A stretch of DNA of 62,067 nucleotides, filler included, from Thermodesulfobacteriota bacterium (GTDB lineage: Bacteria; DASVDK01), in assembly GCA_036381125.1 (NCBI GenBank). It is 5 parts of 5 records of this genome, joined end to end, with 100 filler letters (N's around TTAATTAATTAA, not from the genome) between each part and the next. Parts side by side here need not be neighbours in the genome. Positions count along the whole stretch, not along the records: positions 29,348 to 38,770 come from DASVDK010000055.1; positions 38,871 to 58,419 come from DASVDK010000056.1; 3 more parts are not named here. One strand, written 5' to 3'. The notes under the pieces were generated by a model. The model saw only the letters and a list, made by a program, of their open reading frames with translations. It ran no database searches and had not been told where the DNA came from. This document shows positions 34,778 through 44,548 of the stretch, piece after piece; the first letter of the stretch is position 1; the number at the start of each line of letters is the position of its first letter. The position numbers and the translations under genes were made by a program.

Positions 34778-36654
34778 CAGGGCGCCACCATGACGAGCCC
34801 GGCGTCGACGTCGAGCGCGAAGTCGCGGCTCGAGGTCGACATCGACTCGACCCGGGGCCGCCCCTCGCTGTCGATCCGGATCCGCAGCTCCCCTTCGAGC
34901 CGCCGCGCCTGCTCGACCGCGGCGAGGGCCAGCCGCGATTCCTCGTGGCCGAAGGCCGCCAGCGCGCGGGTGATCGCTTCGCCGAGCTTGTCGCCGAGGC
35001 CCGTCGGCTCGAGCACGGCCCGGTCGAGGAGCCGCCCGATCCCCCAGCCCGCCGCCCCGGCCGCGAGCATCCCGCTGCCGAGCGTGGCGAGCCCGCTGGC
35101 GCCGCCGCCGGCGAGCGCCGAGACCGACGTCCCGCCGAGGCCGCTGAGGAGCGCGGGCACGCCGCGGAGCCACCCCAGGGCGCGCCCCGCCGGGCCCGCG
35201 AGCCGCCCGAGGAGCCCCCGACCGGCCGCCTCGGTGCCGAGGTCCAGCAGCCGGGTGCCCGAGCTGCCGCCGAGGAGGGATCCGGCGCCGCCGCCGAGGG
35301 TCGCGGGCCAGTTGACGACGAAGACCGGCGTCACGCCCGCGGCGGCCTCGAGGGCCTTGCCGGCCGCGACCCCGGTGGCCGTGCCGAAGAGCCGGCCGCC
35401 GAGGCGGCCGAGGAGGCCCCGGCCGGCCCGCAGGGCGAGGAGCGTCCCGACGCCCGCCGCGGCGCCGCCGGCGAGGAGCTGCCCGCCCGAGAGCCCGAGC
35501 CCGCCCGCCTCCCGCGAGTCGAGGAGGAACCGGATCCCCCGGCTGATCGCGTCGTTGATCGGGCGCGCGAAGCCGTCGGCCGCCTCGCGCAGGACGCCCT
35601 TGAGTCGGCCCACTTGGTCGACCGCGTTCTCGATCGCGCCGGGGAGGTCCTTCGCCACGGCCCCGGACGCGCGGCTCAGTTCCGTCGTGAAGCCGCCGAT
35701 GCGGTCCAGGAGGTCGCCCGAGAGCAGGGTCCGGAGCCCGCGCTGGGTGTCGAGGTCGGTCTGGCCGAAGGCGCGGCTCATGAACCGGGCGCGGTCGGCA
35801 TCCGTCCCGAGCTTCGCGAACTCGGCGCGGAGGTCGCGCAGGATCGCGAGCGGATCCCGCTGCTCGCCCGCCTCGGTGAAGAACTCGACCCCCGTCGCCC
35901 GCTGCGCCGCCCGCCGGTAGGTGGCGTTCGTGAAGAGGCGCAGCGTCGAGTCGGCGAGCGTCGCGAGCCGCTCGGGCTGCCGCTCGAGCATCGACAGGCC
36001 CTCAATAAATGCGAGGGTCTGGTCGAAGCCGAACCCGGCGGCCGCGGCGTTCACGCCCACGCGCGCGAAGATGCCGGACAGGTTCTCGAGCTCGGCGTTC
36101 CCGAGCCGGCCGGCGACCACCATCCGGTCGAGGAGCGACTGGGCGCGTTCGGCCTGCGTGAGGTCGAACTGAAACGCCGTCGCGGCGACCGTCAGCCCGC
36201 TCGCGAGCGTCTGGGCGTTCGCGCCGGCGACCGCCATCGTGCGGTTGATCGGGCCGATCACGGCGAGGGACTCCCGCCACGAGAGGCCCGACTGGATGAG
36301 GCTGTCGAAGCCCCCGCGGAGGTCCTCGAGCTCCTGGCCGGTCTCGCGGGCGAGGCGGAAGAGGGTGCCGCGCAGCCCCTCGATCTCGTCGCGCGTCGCG
36401 CCCGCGGTCTGGCCCGTCCGCAGCAGCGCCTTGTCGAGCCGGGCGGACTGGAGGAGCTGGGCCGTCGCCCCGACGCTCACGCCGAGGGCGGCGAGCCGGC
36501 CCTCGAGCGTGCCGGCCAGGCGGCGCAGCTCGCTGAACTCCCGCTTGACCGTCGTGCCGAACGTCGTGACGCCCGTCCGGGCCGACCGGAGGCCGCTGAG
36601 CAGGCGGCTCGGGTCCGCCAGGAGGCGGAGCGCGACCGAGAGCTCCCTAGCCAT
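34777..36654 (-). CDS. Tape measure protein (625 aa)
   Basis: Position in operon; Ala/Gly-rich helical sequence; GVTPVFVVNWP motif. Confidence 0.88.
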   Translation of the reverse strand: MARELSVALRLLADPSRLLSGLRSARTGVTTFGTTVKREFSELRRLAGTLEGRLAALGVSVGATAQLLQSARLDKALLRTGQTAGATRDEIEGLRGTLFRLARETGQELEDLRGGFDSLIQSGLSWRESLAVIGPINRTMAVAGANAQTLASGLTVAATAFQFDLTQAERAQSLLDRMVVAGRLGNAELENLSGIFARVGVNAAAAGFGFDQTLAFIEGLSMLERQPERLATLADSTLRLFTNATYRRAAQRATGVEFFTEAGEQRDPLAILRDLRAEFAKLGTDADRARFMSRAFGQTDLDTQRGLRTLLSGDLLDRIGGFTTELSRASGAVAKDLPGAIENAVDQVGRLKGVLREAADGFARPINDAISRGIRFLLDSREAGGLGLSGGQLLAGGAAAGVGTLLALRAGRGLLGRLGGRLFGTATGVAAGKALEAAAGVTPVFVVNWPATLGGGAGSLLGGSSGTRLLDLGTEAAGRGLLGRLAGPAGRALGWLRGVPALLSGLGGTSVSALAGGGASGLATLGSGMLAAGAAGWGIGRLLDRAVLEPTGLGDKLGEAITRALAAFGHEESRLALAAVEQARRLEGELRIRIDSEGRPRVESMSTSSRDFALDVDAGLVMVAP

Positions 36655-36681
36655 CGCGCGTCAAGGCCCCCACGAGCCGGG

Positions 36682-37086
36682 TCAGGTGGTGGACGAACTC
36701 GACGCGGGGGAGGGCACGGATGGACTCCCGGGACCAGCCGGTTTTGCAGGCGAGGAGGAGCTCGGCGTCGAGCCAGACTCGGAGCCGAGCGACTCGCCTT
36801 CCCCCAGGCGTTCGAGCTCCCGCTGCGCCTGGCGCAGCACGTCGAAGTCCGCGGGGTGCAGGGTGCCGAGCATCGCGAGCGTGAACGGGCCCTCGAACGT
36901 GCCGACGCGGACGAGCTGCCGACAGAGGAGCGCGGCGTGGAACGTCAGGAACCGCTCGGTGGGGACCTCCGTCTCCGCGTCGAAGTAGTCCTGGGTCGTC
37001 GCCTCGCGCAGCACGAACGCGCGATGCACCTCGCCGCCGATCTTGAGCCCCTTCGGGAGAGTGCCCGTCTTCGTGAGCGGCGGCAT
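36682..37086 (-). CDS. Tail assembly chaperone (Mu gp41-like); -1 frameshift product extends to 36647
   Basis: L.KGLKIGGE.H..FVLREAT..D motif; GGGGGAA slippery site at 36799-36805. Confidence 0.85.
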   Translation of the reverse strand: MPPLTKTGTLPKGLKIGGEVHRAFVLREATTQDYFDAETEVPTERFLTFHAALLCRQLVRVGTFEGPFTLAMLGTLHPADFDVLRQAQRELERLGEGESLGSESGSTPSSSSPAKPAGPGSPSVPSPASSSSTT

Positions 37087-37446
37087 TTAGCCGACCTCCT
37101 CGGCCGGCGGCCCCTCGAAGACCACCGGGATCTGGCCCCCCTGGCCGTCGGTGATCACCGGCGGATCGACCAGGAAAGCATTGCGGACCACGTAGCTCTG
37201 CCCGGTGTCCGCCTCGAACGTCACGGTGACGTCGCGCATCTTCTGCAGGTCGGCGAGCCGCATCCCGCCCTTGAGCGAGATCTCGCACTCGAGCCGCGCC
37301 TGCTTCGGCTGCTCGGCGAAGTCGACCGACGAGTTGCTGAGGATCGAACTGCGGGTGACGCCGCCGAGGTCGAGCTTGGCCCCCGGCTTCGTCTCGAGGA
37401 GCTGGCCGTCGGCCTTGATGGTCGCACGGCCGAGGACTCGTCCCAT
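37087..37446 (-). CDS. Tail tube protein (Mu gpM-like)
   Basis: G.ATIKADG..L..K.GAKLDLGG..R, VTFEADTG..Y; follows the sheath gene. Confidence 0.9.
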   Translation of the reverse strand: MGRVLGRATIKADGQLLETKPGAKLDLGGVTRSSILSNSSVDFAEQPKQARLECEISLKGGMRLADLQKMRDVTVTFEADTGQSYVVRNAFLVDPPVITDGQGGQIPVVFEGPPAEEVG

Positions 37447-37455
37447 GGAGACCTC

Positions 37456-38769
37456 CTAGCGCCGGAACTGGAGCAGGCCGGTGAACACCCGGAACTGGTT
37501 CACGCAGTTGGGCGGGATCAGCGCGTTGACCCGGTTCGGGTCGGTCGCGTCGATCTCGACGACGAGGTCGCGCTTGAACTGCTCGAGGTCCTCGACGAGC
37601 CCCGCCTCCTGCCAGAGCTGGAAGAGCGCGATCAGCTCGAGCCGCAGGACCGACGGGGTGACGATCGCCTGGCCGGGCCCGATGATCGCATCGTCGCCCG
37701 CGAGCTTGTGCCGCGGGAACTTCTGGGCGATCCGCGTCCGCACGCTGAACCGCAGGAACGCGAGCGTGAGGAGCGTGTTGACGTCGAGGTACGACGGATC
37801 GGGCAGCCCGAAGGCGTTCGTCTTGTACGTCGTGATCGCCCGCTCGATGCGCACCTGGCCGCCGGCGTCGACGGTGAACGTCGAGATCCCGTCGTGGAGG
37901 AGGAGGTCGCGCTCCTCCCGGGTGAAGCGGGCCGATTCGGCCGGCGGGAGGATCCCGACGAGCGGGAGCGTCTGGAACGGCCGCGCCGGGTCGATCTGCC
38001 CGTGGAAGGCGATGACGGCGCCGAAGGCCGCCGCCCACTCGTAGGGCGGTGTCGGGCTCCCGCTCGCGCCCATGATGCTGACGTGCGGGCTGTTGCGGCT
38101 GTCGCCCAGCGTGCCGAGCGCGGCGTGGGTGCCGGCCGCGGCCGCGTAGGCGTGCCCCTCGATCTGCTTGAGCGGCCCAAACCGCTCGGCCAGCTCGGTC
38201 TCGACGACCGTCAGGTTCGCCGCATCGGTGTAGGGCAGGATGATCGTGTGGTACTGCGCGTCGCCGATCGCGGTGAAGACGGCGGTCACGTCCGGGTTGC
38301 CGGTGCCGCCGGTCGGCTGGACGATCGTCACCGTGAGGCCGGCCGGCAGCGCCTCGCCCTGGAGGTAGTTGATGCGCAGGTCGAGGCTGTTGCCGGCCTC
38401 GCCCTTGTGCCGCGCGGTGACGTTGACCTTCGTCTGGTCGACGCCGTCGACCGCGGCGGTGACCGGCAGCTCGGTCTTCGCGGTCAGGGCCGCCGCGAGC
38501 GCCGTCGCGATCTGGGCGAGCGTCTGGCCCGCGGCGACGGCGACCTGGACCCGGATCCCCGCGACGTAGAGGGTCAGCGTGCCGGCCGCCGAGGCGACGC
38601 CGCCGACCGTGATCGAGCCCGTGGCCGCCGTGCCGGCGGGGTTGTCTTCGAGCGGGAACGCCCAGGTCTCGGTCGTGGCGTTGTTCGCCTTGAGCGCCCG
38701 GCACATGGCCGCGAGCATCGAGCCGCGGCCGAACTGCTGTTCGGCCTCGTCGCCGGAGAGGATCCGGAT
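37456..38769 (-). CDS. Tail sheath protein (Mu gpL-like), 5' truncated
   Basis: FGRGSMLAAM, DPARPFQTL, LLHDGIST, IERAITTY..N..G..D.SYLD, KFPRHKLA.D. Confidence 0.93.
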   Translation of the reverse strand: MRILSGDEAEQQFGRGSMLAAMCRALKANNATTETWAFPLEDNPAGTAATGSITVGGVASAAGTLTLYVAGIRVQVAVAAGQTLAQIATALAAALTAKTELPVTAAVDGVDQTKVNVTARHKGEAGNSLDLRINYLQGEALPAGLTVTIVQPTGGTGNPDVTAVFTAIGDAQYHTIILPYTDAANLTVVETELAERFGPLKQIEGHAYAAAAGTHAALGTLGDSRNSPHVSIMGASGSPTPPYEWAAAFGAVIAFHGQIDPARPFQTLPLVGILPPAESARFTREERDLLLHDGISTFTVDAGGQVRIERAITTYKTNAFGLPDPSYLDVNTLLTLAFLRFSVRTRIAQKFPRHKLAGDDAIIGPGQAIVTPSVLRLELIALFQLWQEAGLVEDLEQFKRDLVVEIDATDPNRVNALIPPNCVNQFRVFTGLLQFRR

Positions 38770-38770
38770 C

Positions 38771-38870
38771 NNNNNNNNNNNNNNNNNNNNNNNNNNNNNN
38801 NNNNNNNNNNNNNNTTAATTAATTAANNNNNNNNNNNNNNNNNNNNNNNNNNNNNNNNNNNNNNNNNNNN
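38771..38870. other. Artificial contig linker
   Basis: N44-TTAATTAATTAA-N44. Confidence 0.99.
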
Positions 38871-39260
38871 GCCTCCCGCCCCGGCCGGACGCACGGCGCG
38901 GCCCACCGCGAGGCCCGCGATGGCGGCGGCCGCCACGACGAAGAGCGCGAAGCCGCCGGCCCGCACCGGGTCGAAGCCGAGGCGCTCGCCGCGAAGCCCG
39001 CGCCAGGCCGCGACGGCGAGGGCGAGCGGCAGCGCGTAGGCGACGACGCCCACGGCCTGCAGCAGGGCGTCGGCCACGTAGGCGCCGACGGTGCCGCCCC
39101 AGTTCGCCACGCCCCGCGCGCCGACGGCGTTCAGCGCCGGATCGCCCGGCGCGTACGTGACGAGGCTCAGGGCGAGGTACACGGCGGCGGCGGCCGCCAG
39201 GACGCCCGCCCCCTCGCGGGCAAGGCCCTGCTGCGCTGCTTCCTTCCGGCGGGTCGGCAA
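38871..39260 (-). CDS. ftsK: DNA translocase FtsK, N-terminal 4TM domain (3' truncated)
   Basis: LSLVTY.P.DP..N..ANWGG.VGAYVAD.LLQ..G; lies downstream of rnj. Confidence 0.82.
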
Positions 39261-39349
39261 GCCTCGAGACTCCTGACGGGATCGGGCCTCGCCCCCATGG
39301 GGACCCGGAGCCCAAAGCGCCTGATTCTACGTGGGGATAGAGAAGGGCG

Positions 39350-39808
39350 TCAAGCGAACCCGCCGCCGGCCGGCTCCCCCTCGTCCCGGTCCTCGGGCAG
39401 CAGGTCCGGGTTCCAGACGACCTCCCAGAGGTGCCCGTCGGGGTCCTGGAAGTAGCCGGCGTAGCCGCCCCAGAAGGTGTCCCGGGCCGGCTTGACGATC
39501 GTCGCGCCGGCGCGGTGCGCCTGCGCCATGACGGCGTCGACCTCCGCCCGGCTCCTCACGTTGTGACCGATGCTGAACTCGGTCGGGCTCGGGTCGGACC
39601 TCGGCATCCCCGCATCGTGGGCGAGGTCGGCGCGCGAGAAGAGGGCCAGCTTGAGGCCGCCCGACAGGTCGAAGAAGGCGACCGCCCCGTGCTCGAACTC
39701 CTTCCCGACGATCCCCTGCGTCGGCAGGCCGAGGCCGTCGCGGTAGAAGGCGACCGAGCGCTCGAGGTCGTCCACGCCGAGGGTGAGGACGGTGATTCGC
39801 GGCTTCAC
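39350..39808 (-). CDS. VOC/glyoxalase family protein
   Basis: ITVLTLGVDDLERSVAFY, FWGGYAGYFQDPDGHLWEVVWNP. Confidence 0.92.
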   Translation of the reverse strand: MKPRITVLTLGVDDLERSVAFYRDGLGLPTQGIVGKEFEHGAVAFFDLSGGLKLALFSRADLAHDAGMPRSDPSPTEFSIGHNVRSRAEVDAVMAQAHRAGATIVKPARDTFWGGYAGYFQDPDGHLWEVVWNPDLLPEDRDEGEPAGGGFA

Positions 39809-39810
39809 GG

Positions 39811-41469
39811 CTAGAGCTCCATGACGACGGCGATCACGACGGGGCGCCGGTCGAGGGCGGCCCGGAAGTACCGCCGCAGGCCCTTGCGCACCTCGATCTC
39901 GAGCTCGCGGACGTCGGTGCGCACCTCGGGCGCCGAGGCGGCCACGGTCTGGCGGATGTCGGCCCGGGCCCCCTCCATCAGCGTGCCCGCCGCCATGACC
40001 TCGTCGCTCGCCACGCCCTGCGCGAGCACGGTGGGCCCGCTCACGATCTCGCCGGTCTGGCGGTTCACGCCCACCACCGCCACGACGATCCCGTCCTCGG
40101 CGAGGTGCCGGCGGTCGCGCAGGACGAGCCGCTCGACGTCGCCCACCCCCTTGCCGTCCACGAACACGCGGCCGGCCTCGACCCGCTCCGCGACCCGGCC
40201 GACGCCCCCCTCGAAGCTCACGACGTCCCCGTCGTGGACGAGGAAGGCGCGCTCGGGCGGCACGCCGGTGTCGATGGCGAGACGCCGGTGCTTGACGAGG
40301 TGCCGGCTCTCGCCGTGGACCGGGACGAAGTGCTTCGGCTTGACGAGGTTCAGCATGAGGCGCAGCTCCTCCTGCGCCGCGTGGCCGGAGACGTGGACCC
40401 CGGAGGCGCGCCCCTGGATCACGTCGGCGCCCTTGCGGAAGAGCTGGTTCGTGATGCTGCCGATGGCGCGCTCGTTGCCCGGGATGACCCGGGCCGAGAG
40501 GATGACCGTGTCGCCCCGCTCGATCTTGATCTGCTTGTGGTTGTCGAAGGCCATGAGCGCGAGCGCCGACATCGGCTCCCCCTGGCTGCCGGTGCAGAGG
40601 ACGACCTGCTCCTCGTGCGGGAGGGCCAGGAGGTCGTCGAGGTCGAGGAGGCAGCCGGGGGGCACCGTGAGGTAGCCGAGGTCGGAGGCGATCTTGACGT
40701 TCTGCACCATGCTGCGGCCGACGAGCGCCACGCGCCGCTCGAAGCGCGCCGCCACGTCGAGCACCTGCTGCACGCGGTGGATGTGCGAGGCGAAGGTCGC
40801 CAGGACGATCCGCCCCGGCGCCTGGCGGAAGATGCGCGCGAGGGCCGGGCCGACGGTCCTCTCGCTCTCGGTGACGCCGGGCCGCTCGACGTTGGTGGAG
40901 TCGGAGAGGAGGCAGAGGACCCCGCGCTCCCCGATGGCGGCGAGCGCGCCGTAGTCCGACGGCAGGCCGTCGACCGGCGTCTGGTCGAACTTGAAGTCGC
41001 CGGTGTGGAGGATCGTCCCCTCCGGCGTCTCGAGCACCAGGCCGGCGCCGTCGGCGATCGAGTGCGCGACGTGGAAGAAGCTGACGACGAAGGGGCCGAC
41101 GGCGACCCGCTCCCGCGGCGCGACCGGCCGCATGTCGGCCCGGACGCCGTGCTCCTCCATGCGGCCGGCCGACAGGGCGAGCGTGAGCCTCGTGCCGTAC
41201 ACCGGGACGCCCGGGAAGTCCTTGAGGAAGAAGGGGAGCGCGCCGACGTGGTCCTCGTGGCCGTGCGTGAGGAAGACCGCCTTCACGGCGGCGCGGCGCT
41301 TGCGCAGGTAGCTCCAGTCGGGCAGCACGAGGTCGATGCCGAGCATCGACTCGTCGGGGAAGAGGAGCCCGCAATCGATCAGGACGACGGTGTCGCCGTA
41401 CTCGACGGCGAGGCAGTTCATCCCCACCTCGCCGAGGCCCCCGAGCGGGATCAGCCGGAGCGCGGTCAC
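39811..41469 (-). CDS. rnj: Ribonuclease J
   Basis: PLGGLGEVGMN, THGHEDHVG, HTGDFK, TGSQGEP, HVSGHA, PVHGE. Confidence 0.96.
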   Translation of the reverse strand: MTALRLIPLGGLGEVGMNCLAVEYGDTVVLIDCGLLFPDESMLGIDLVLPDWSYLRKRRAAVKAVFLTHGHEDHVGALPFFLKDFPGVPVYGTRLTLALSAGRMEEHGVRADMRPVAPRERVAVGPFVVSFFHVAHSIADGAGLVLETPEGTILHTGDFKFDQTPVDGLPSDYGALAAIGERGVLCLLSDSTNVERPGVTESERTVGPALARIFRQAPGRIVLATFASHIHRVQQVLDVAARFERRVALVGRSMVQNVKIASDLGYLTVPPGCLLDLDDLLALPHEEQVVLCTGSQGEPMSALALMAFDNHKQIKIERGDTVILSARVIPGNERAIGSITNQLFRKGADVIQGRASGVHVSGHAAQEELRLMLNLVKPKHFVPVHGESRHLVKHRRLAIDTGVPPERAFLVHDGDVVSFEGGVGRVAERVEAGRVFVDGKGVGDVERLVLRDRRHLAEDGIVVAVVGVNRQTGEIVSGPTVLAQGVASDEVMAAGTLMEGARADIRQTVAASAPEVRTDVRELEIEVRKGLRRYFRAALDRRPVVIAVVMEL

Positions 41470-42206
41470 GGCGACGCGGCGGCGGTGGCCGGCGCGGCCG
41501 CCTGTGCGTCCTGACCGAGGAGCGCCGCGACCGCCTCGCGGGCCCGGACGACGAGGTCGGGCTGGGACAGGTCGGCCGAGGGGATCGGCCGGCCGACCAC
41601 GACCTCGATGCGGCCCGGCCTGACGCGCCAGCGCCCGGCCGGCAGGACCGCACGGCTCCCCCGCACGGCCACCGGCACGACCGGGGCGCGCGACGCCTGC
41701 GCCAGGGCGAAGGCCCCGCGCTTGAAGGGCCCGAGCCGCCCGTCGGCGCTGCGCGTCCCCTCGGGGAAGACGACGAGCGACGCGCCCTGCGCCAGCGCCT
41801 CGGCGGCGCGTGAGAGGCCGCGGCGCGAGCGCCGGGGGTCCTCGCGGTCGATCGGGACGTAACCGGCCGCCCGCATCGCCGGACCGAAGATGGGGATGCG
41901 GAACAGCTCCCGCTTGGCCACCCAGCGGAGCTGACCGGGAAGGGCCGACGCGATGGCGAAGATGTCCATGGTGCTCTGGTGGTTCGAGACGATCACGCTC
42001 CCGGGCGGCACGGCGGGGGCGGCGCCCGCGGCGGCGCTGAGGTCGGCGCGCGACCCGGCGAGCCAGAGGCCCGCTCGCCCCCACGCCCGGCTGTAGCGCT
42101 GGATCACGGTGCCTCGCCGGTCGACCAGGCGGGTCACGATGGCGAGCGTGCCGAGGACCGCGGTGACGACGGCGAGGCCGCCCCAGAAGAGCACCACACG
42201 CACCAT
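41466..42206 (-). CDS. plsC: 1-acyl-sn-glycerol-3-phosphate acyltransferase
   Basis: NHQSTMD (HxxxxD), [14 protein letters not shown]. Confidence 0.9.
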   Translation of the reverse strand: MVRVVLFWGGLAVVTAVLGTLAIVTRLVDRRGTVIQRYSRAWGRAGLWLAGSRADLSAAAGAAPAVPPGSVIVSNHQSTMDIFAIASALPGQLRWVAKRELFRIPIFGPAMRAAGYVPIDREDPRRSRRGLSRAAEALAQGASLVVFPEGTRSADGRLGPFKRGAFALAQASRAPVVPVAVRGSRAVLPAGRWRVRPGRIEVVVGRPIPSADLSQPDLVVRAREAVAALLGQDAQAAAPATAAASP

Positions 42207-42218
42207 GGCAGACGGACG

Positions 42219-42298
42219 ACTGTATCTCCCCGCTCCCGCCAGCGTCAATCGCGCGCCGCAGGGGCGCATTGACCCCCGGGGGGCTCGCTTGATAGAAC
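42219..42298. promoter_or_regulatory. Divergent sigma70-like promoters (plsC-rnj and ssb)
   Basis: Minus strand TTGACG-18-TACAGT; plus strand TTGACC(42269)-18-TAGAAC(42293). Confidence 0.45.
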
Positions 42299-42375
42299 GG
42301 TGGTGCAACCGTCGCGCGGGGCTCCCAGCGGGCCCCGTTTCTCATGCAGGCAGTACTGTACGGAAGGGACGATCC

Positions 42376-42852
42376 ATGGCGAGCCTCAACAAGGTCATCC
42401 TCATCGGCAACCTCGGGCGCGACCCGGAGGTCCGATACACCAGCGGGGGACAGGCGGTCGCGAACTTCACCATCGCCACGAACGAGGCCTGGACCAACAA
42501 GCAGGGCCAGCGCGAGGAGCGGACGGAGTGGCACCGCATCGTCGCCTGGGGGGCGCTCGGGGAGCGCGCCGGTGAGTACCTCAGGAAGGGCAAGCAGGTC
42601 TACGTCGAGGGCCGGCTCCAGACCCGCAAGTGGACCGACCGCGAGGGCCAGGAGCGGTACACGACCGAGATCAACGCCCAGCAGCTCTTCCTCCTCGGCT
42701 CGCCGGGACGGGGTGAAGGCGACGCGCCCGACTACGAGCGGGCGGACGCCGAGGGGAGCCGCGGCGGGCGCGGCCGCGGGCGTCCCGCGCCGGCGCACCC
42801 GCAGCCCGACGCCGACGAGATGCCGGCCGGGGACGACGACATCCCCTTCTAA
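42376..42852 (+). CDS. ssb: Single-stranded DNA-binding protein
   Basis: [32 protein letters not shown]-terminal DDDIPF. Confidence 0.97.
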   Translation: MASLNKVILIGNLGRDPEVRYTSGGQAVANFTIATNEAWTNKQGQREERTEWHRIVAWGALGERAGEYLRKGKQVYVEGRLQTRKWTDREGQERYTTEINAQQLFLLGSPGRGEGDAPDYERADAEGSRGGRGRGRPAPAHPQPDADEMPAGDDDIPF

Positions 42853-42880
42853 GGGACTCGCACTCTTGAGGAGAGGCACC

Positions 42881-43750
42881 ATGTCGAGACGTGTCACACG
42901 GACCGTCGCCGCGGGGCTCGGCGCCGTCGTCCTGCTCCTCGCAGGGGCGCTACCGGCCTTCGCGCAGGCCACGCTCGAGAAGATCAACCAGTCGGGCACC
43001 TTCGTGGTCGGCACCCGTACCGGGTCGCCCCCCTTCGGCTTCATCGACCGGAACCAGAACTGGGTCGGCTTCGGCGTCGATCTCGCGCGGCTCGTCCACG
43101 CGGCCATCGAGAAGCGGCTCGGCAAGACGATCAAGTTCGAGCTGAAGGAGACGACCCCGGCCACCCGCATCCCGCTCATCACGAGCGGCCAGGTCGACCT
43201 CATCGCCGAGACCATGACCATCACCCGCTCGCGCATGGAACAGGTGGACTTCGGCCCCGTCTACTTCGTCACCGGCGCGCAGTTCCTCGTCAAGAAGGGG
43301 AGCCCCATCACGGGCGTGAAGAGCGCCGCGGGCAAGCGCGTGGCCGTGCAGCAGGGCTCCACGAACGAGCGGATCCTCAGGGAGCAGTACCCCAACATCC
43401 AGCTCGTCGTCTTCCCCGATCAGCCGGCCGCCTTCGCCGCGCTGGTCCAGGGACGGGTCGACGCGTACGTGAACGACGGCGTCCAGCTCGCCGGCCTCAA
43501 GGCGAAGGCGCCGAACCCGGGCGACTGGGTGATCACGGGCGAGCCGATCTCCTACGAGCCGTACGGCCTGGCGATGCGCGAGAACGACTCGGACTTCCGG
43601 GACCTGGTGGCCTTCACCCTCATGGAGGCCATCGAGAACGGGGAGTACCGGAAGCTCTACGAGAAGTGGATGGGCGAGAAGGGCGACGTGCCCTACCCGC
43701 TCTCGGAGACCGCCGAAACCTTCCTGCGCATGCAGGTCATGCCGAGATAG
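42881..43750 (+). CDS. Polar amino acid ABC transporter substrate-binding protein (GltI-like)
   Basis: Signal peptide, SPPFGF, RIPLI..GQVDL, TITRSR, EPYGLAMR..D..F. Confidence 0.9.
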   Translation: MSRRVTRTVAAGLGAVVLLLAGALPAFAQATLEKINQSGTFVVGTRTGSPPFGFIDRNQNWVGFGVDLARLVHAAIEKRLGKTIKFELKETTPATRIPLITSGQVDLIAETMTITRSRMEQVDFGPVYFVTGAQFLVKKGSPITGVKSAAGKRVAVQQGSTNERILREQYPNIQLVVFPDQPAAFAALVQGRVDAYVNDGVQLAGLKAKAPNPGDWVITGEPISYEPYGLAMRENDSDFRDLVAFTLMEAIENGEYRKLYEKWMGEKGDVPYPLSETAETFLRMQVMPR

Positions 43751-43814
43751 GGCGCGGCCGGGCCGGGGCGCGCGGCCGCGCGCCCCGGCCGTGCCGCCGC
43801 AAGGCCGACCGCCC

Positions 43815-44543
43815 GTGTTCCGCTACGACTTCGACTGGAGCGTCCTCTGGCAGCCGCCCTACGGCGAGTGGCTGCTCCAGGGCATCCTCACCACGCTCGA
43901 GATCTCCGCGCTCGCCTGGGTGATCGCGCTCGTGCTCGGCTGCGTGGCCGGAGCCATGCGCACCGTTCCGTCCGCCGTCACCCGGACGATCGGCGCGGCC
44001 TACGTCGAGTTCTTCAAGAACGTCCCGCTCCTGGTCTGGATGTTCTTCTGGTACTTCGGCGCGCCGCAGTTCCTGCCGCTCGCGGTCCAGGACTGGCTCA
44101 ACCGGCACGGCGTCGCCTTCGTCGCCGCCGTCGTCGCCCTCGGCATCTACCACGGCGCGCGCTTCGCGGAGGTGATCCGCGCCGGCATCCAGTCGGTCCC
44201 CCAGGGGCAGTTCGAGGCGGCCCTCTCGACCGGCCTCGGCGTGGCCGAGGCCTATCGCCTGATCCTGATTCCGATCGCCCTCAGGCTCATCATCCCCCCC
44301 GGGACCAACGAGACGCTGAACCTCCTCAAGAACTCGTCGCTGGCGCTGACGATCAGCGTGGCGGAGATCACGTTCCAGACCCGACAGATCGAGGCGTACA
44401 CGGCCAGGGGCTTCGAGGCGATCACCGCCGGGACGCTCATCTACCTGGTCCTCTGCCTCGTCCTCGCCGGCGTCATGTCGCGCGTCGAGAAGGCCGTGGC
44501 CATCCCGGGGCTCATCGTGCGCGGCAGCGGTCCGGAGGGCTAG
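43815..44543 (+). CDS. Amino acid ABC transporter permease (GltJ-like)
   Basis: YVEFFKNVPLLV, AEVIRAGIQSVPQGQFEAA, LLKNSSL. Confidence 0.92.
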   Translation: MFRYDFDWSVLWQPPYGEWLLQGILTTLEISALAWVIALVLGCVAGAMRTVPSAVTRTIGAAYVEFFKNVPLLVWMFFWYFGAPQFLPLAVQDWLNRHGVAFVAAVVALGIYHGARFAEVIRAGIQSVPQGQFEAALSTGLGVAEAYRLILIPIALRLIIPPGTNETLNLLKNSSLALTISVAEITFQTRQIEAYTARGFEAITAGTLIYLVLCLVLAGVMSRVEKAVAIPGLIVRGSGPEG

Positions 44544-44548
44544 CCGGC

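Larger units (their letters stand above)
29348..38770 (-). mobile_element. Mu-like (pro)phage contractile tail operon fragment spanning the whole contig
   Basis: Mu gene order sheath-tube-chaperone-tape measure-gpN-gp44-gp45-gp46-gp47, all tightly coupled. Confidence 0.92.

Noticed and set aside
29348-38770. Tailocin or eCIS interpretation of the tail genes
   Set aside because: Gene set and order are Mu-type (gpN, gp44-47) and the contig is cut at both ends, so missing head genes are uninformative.
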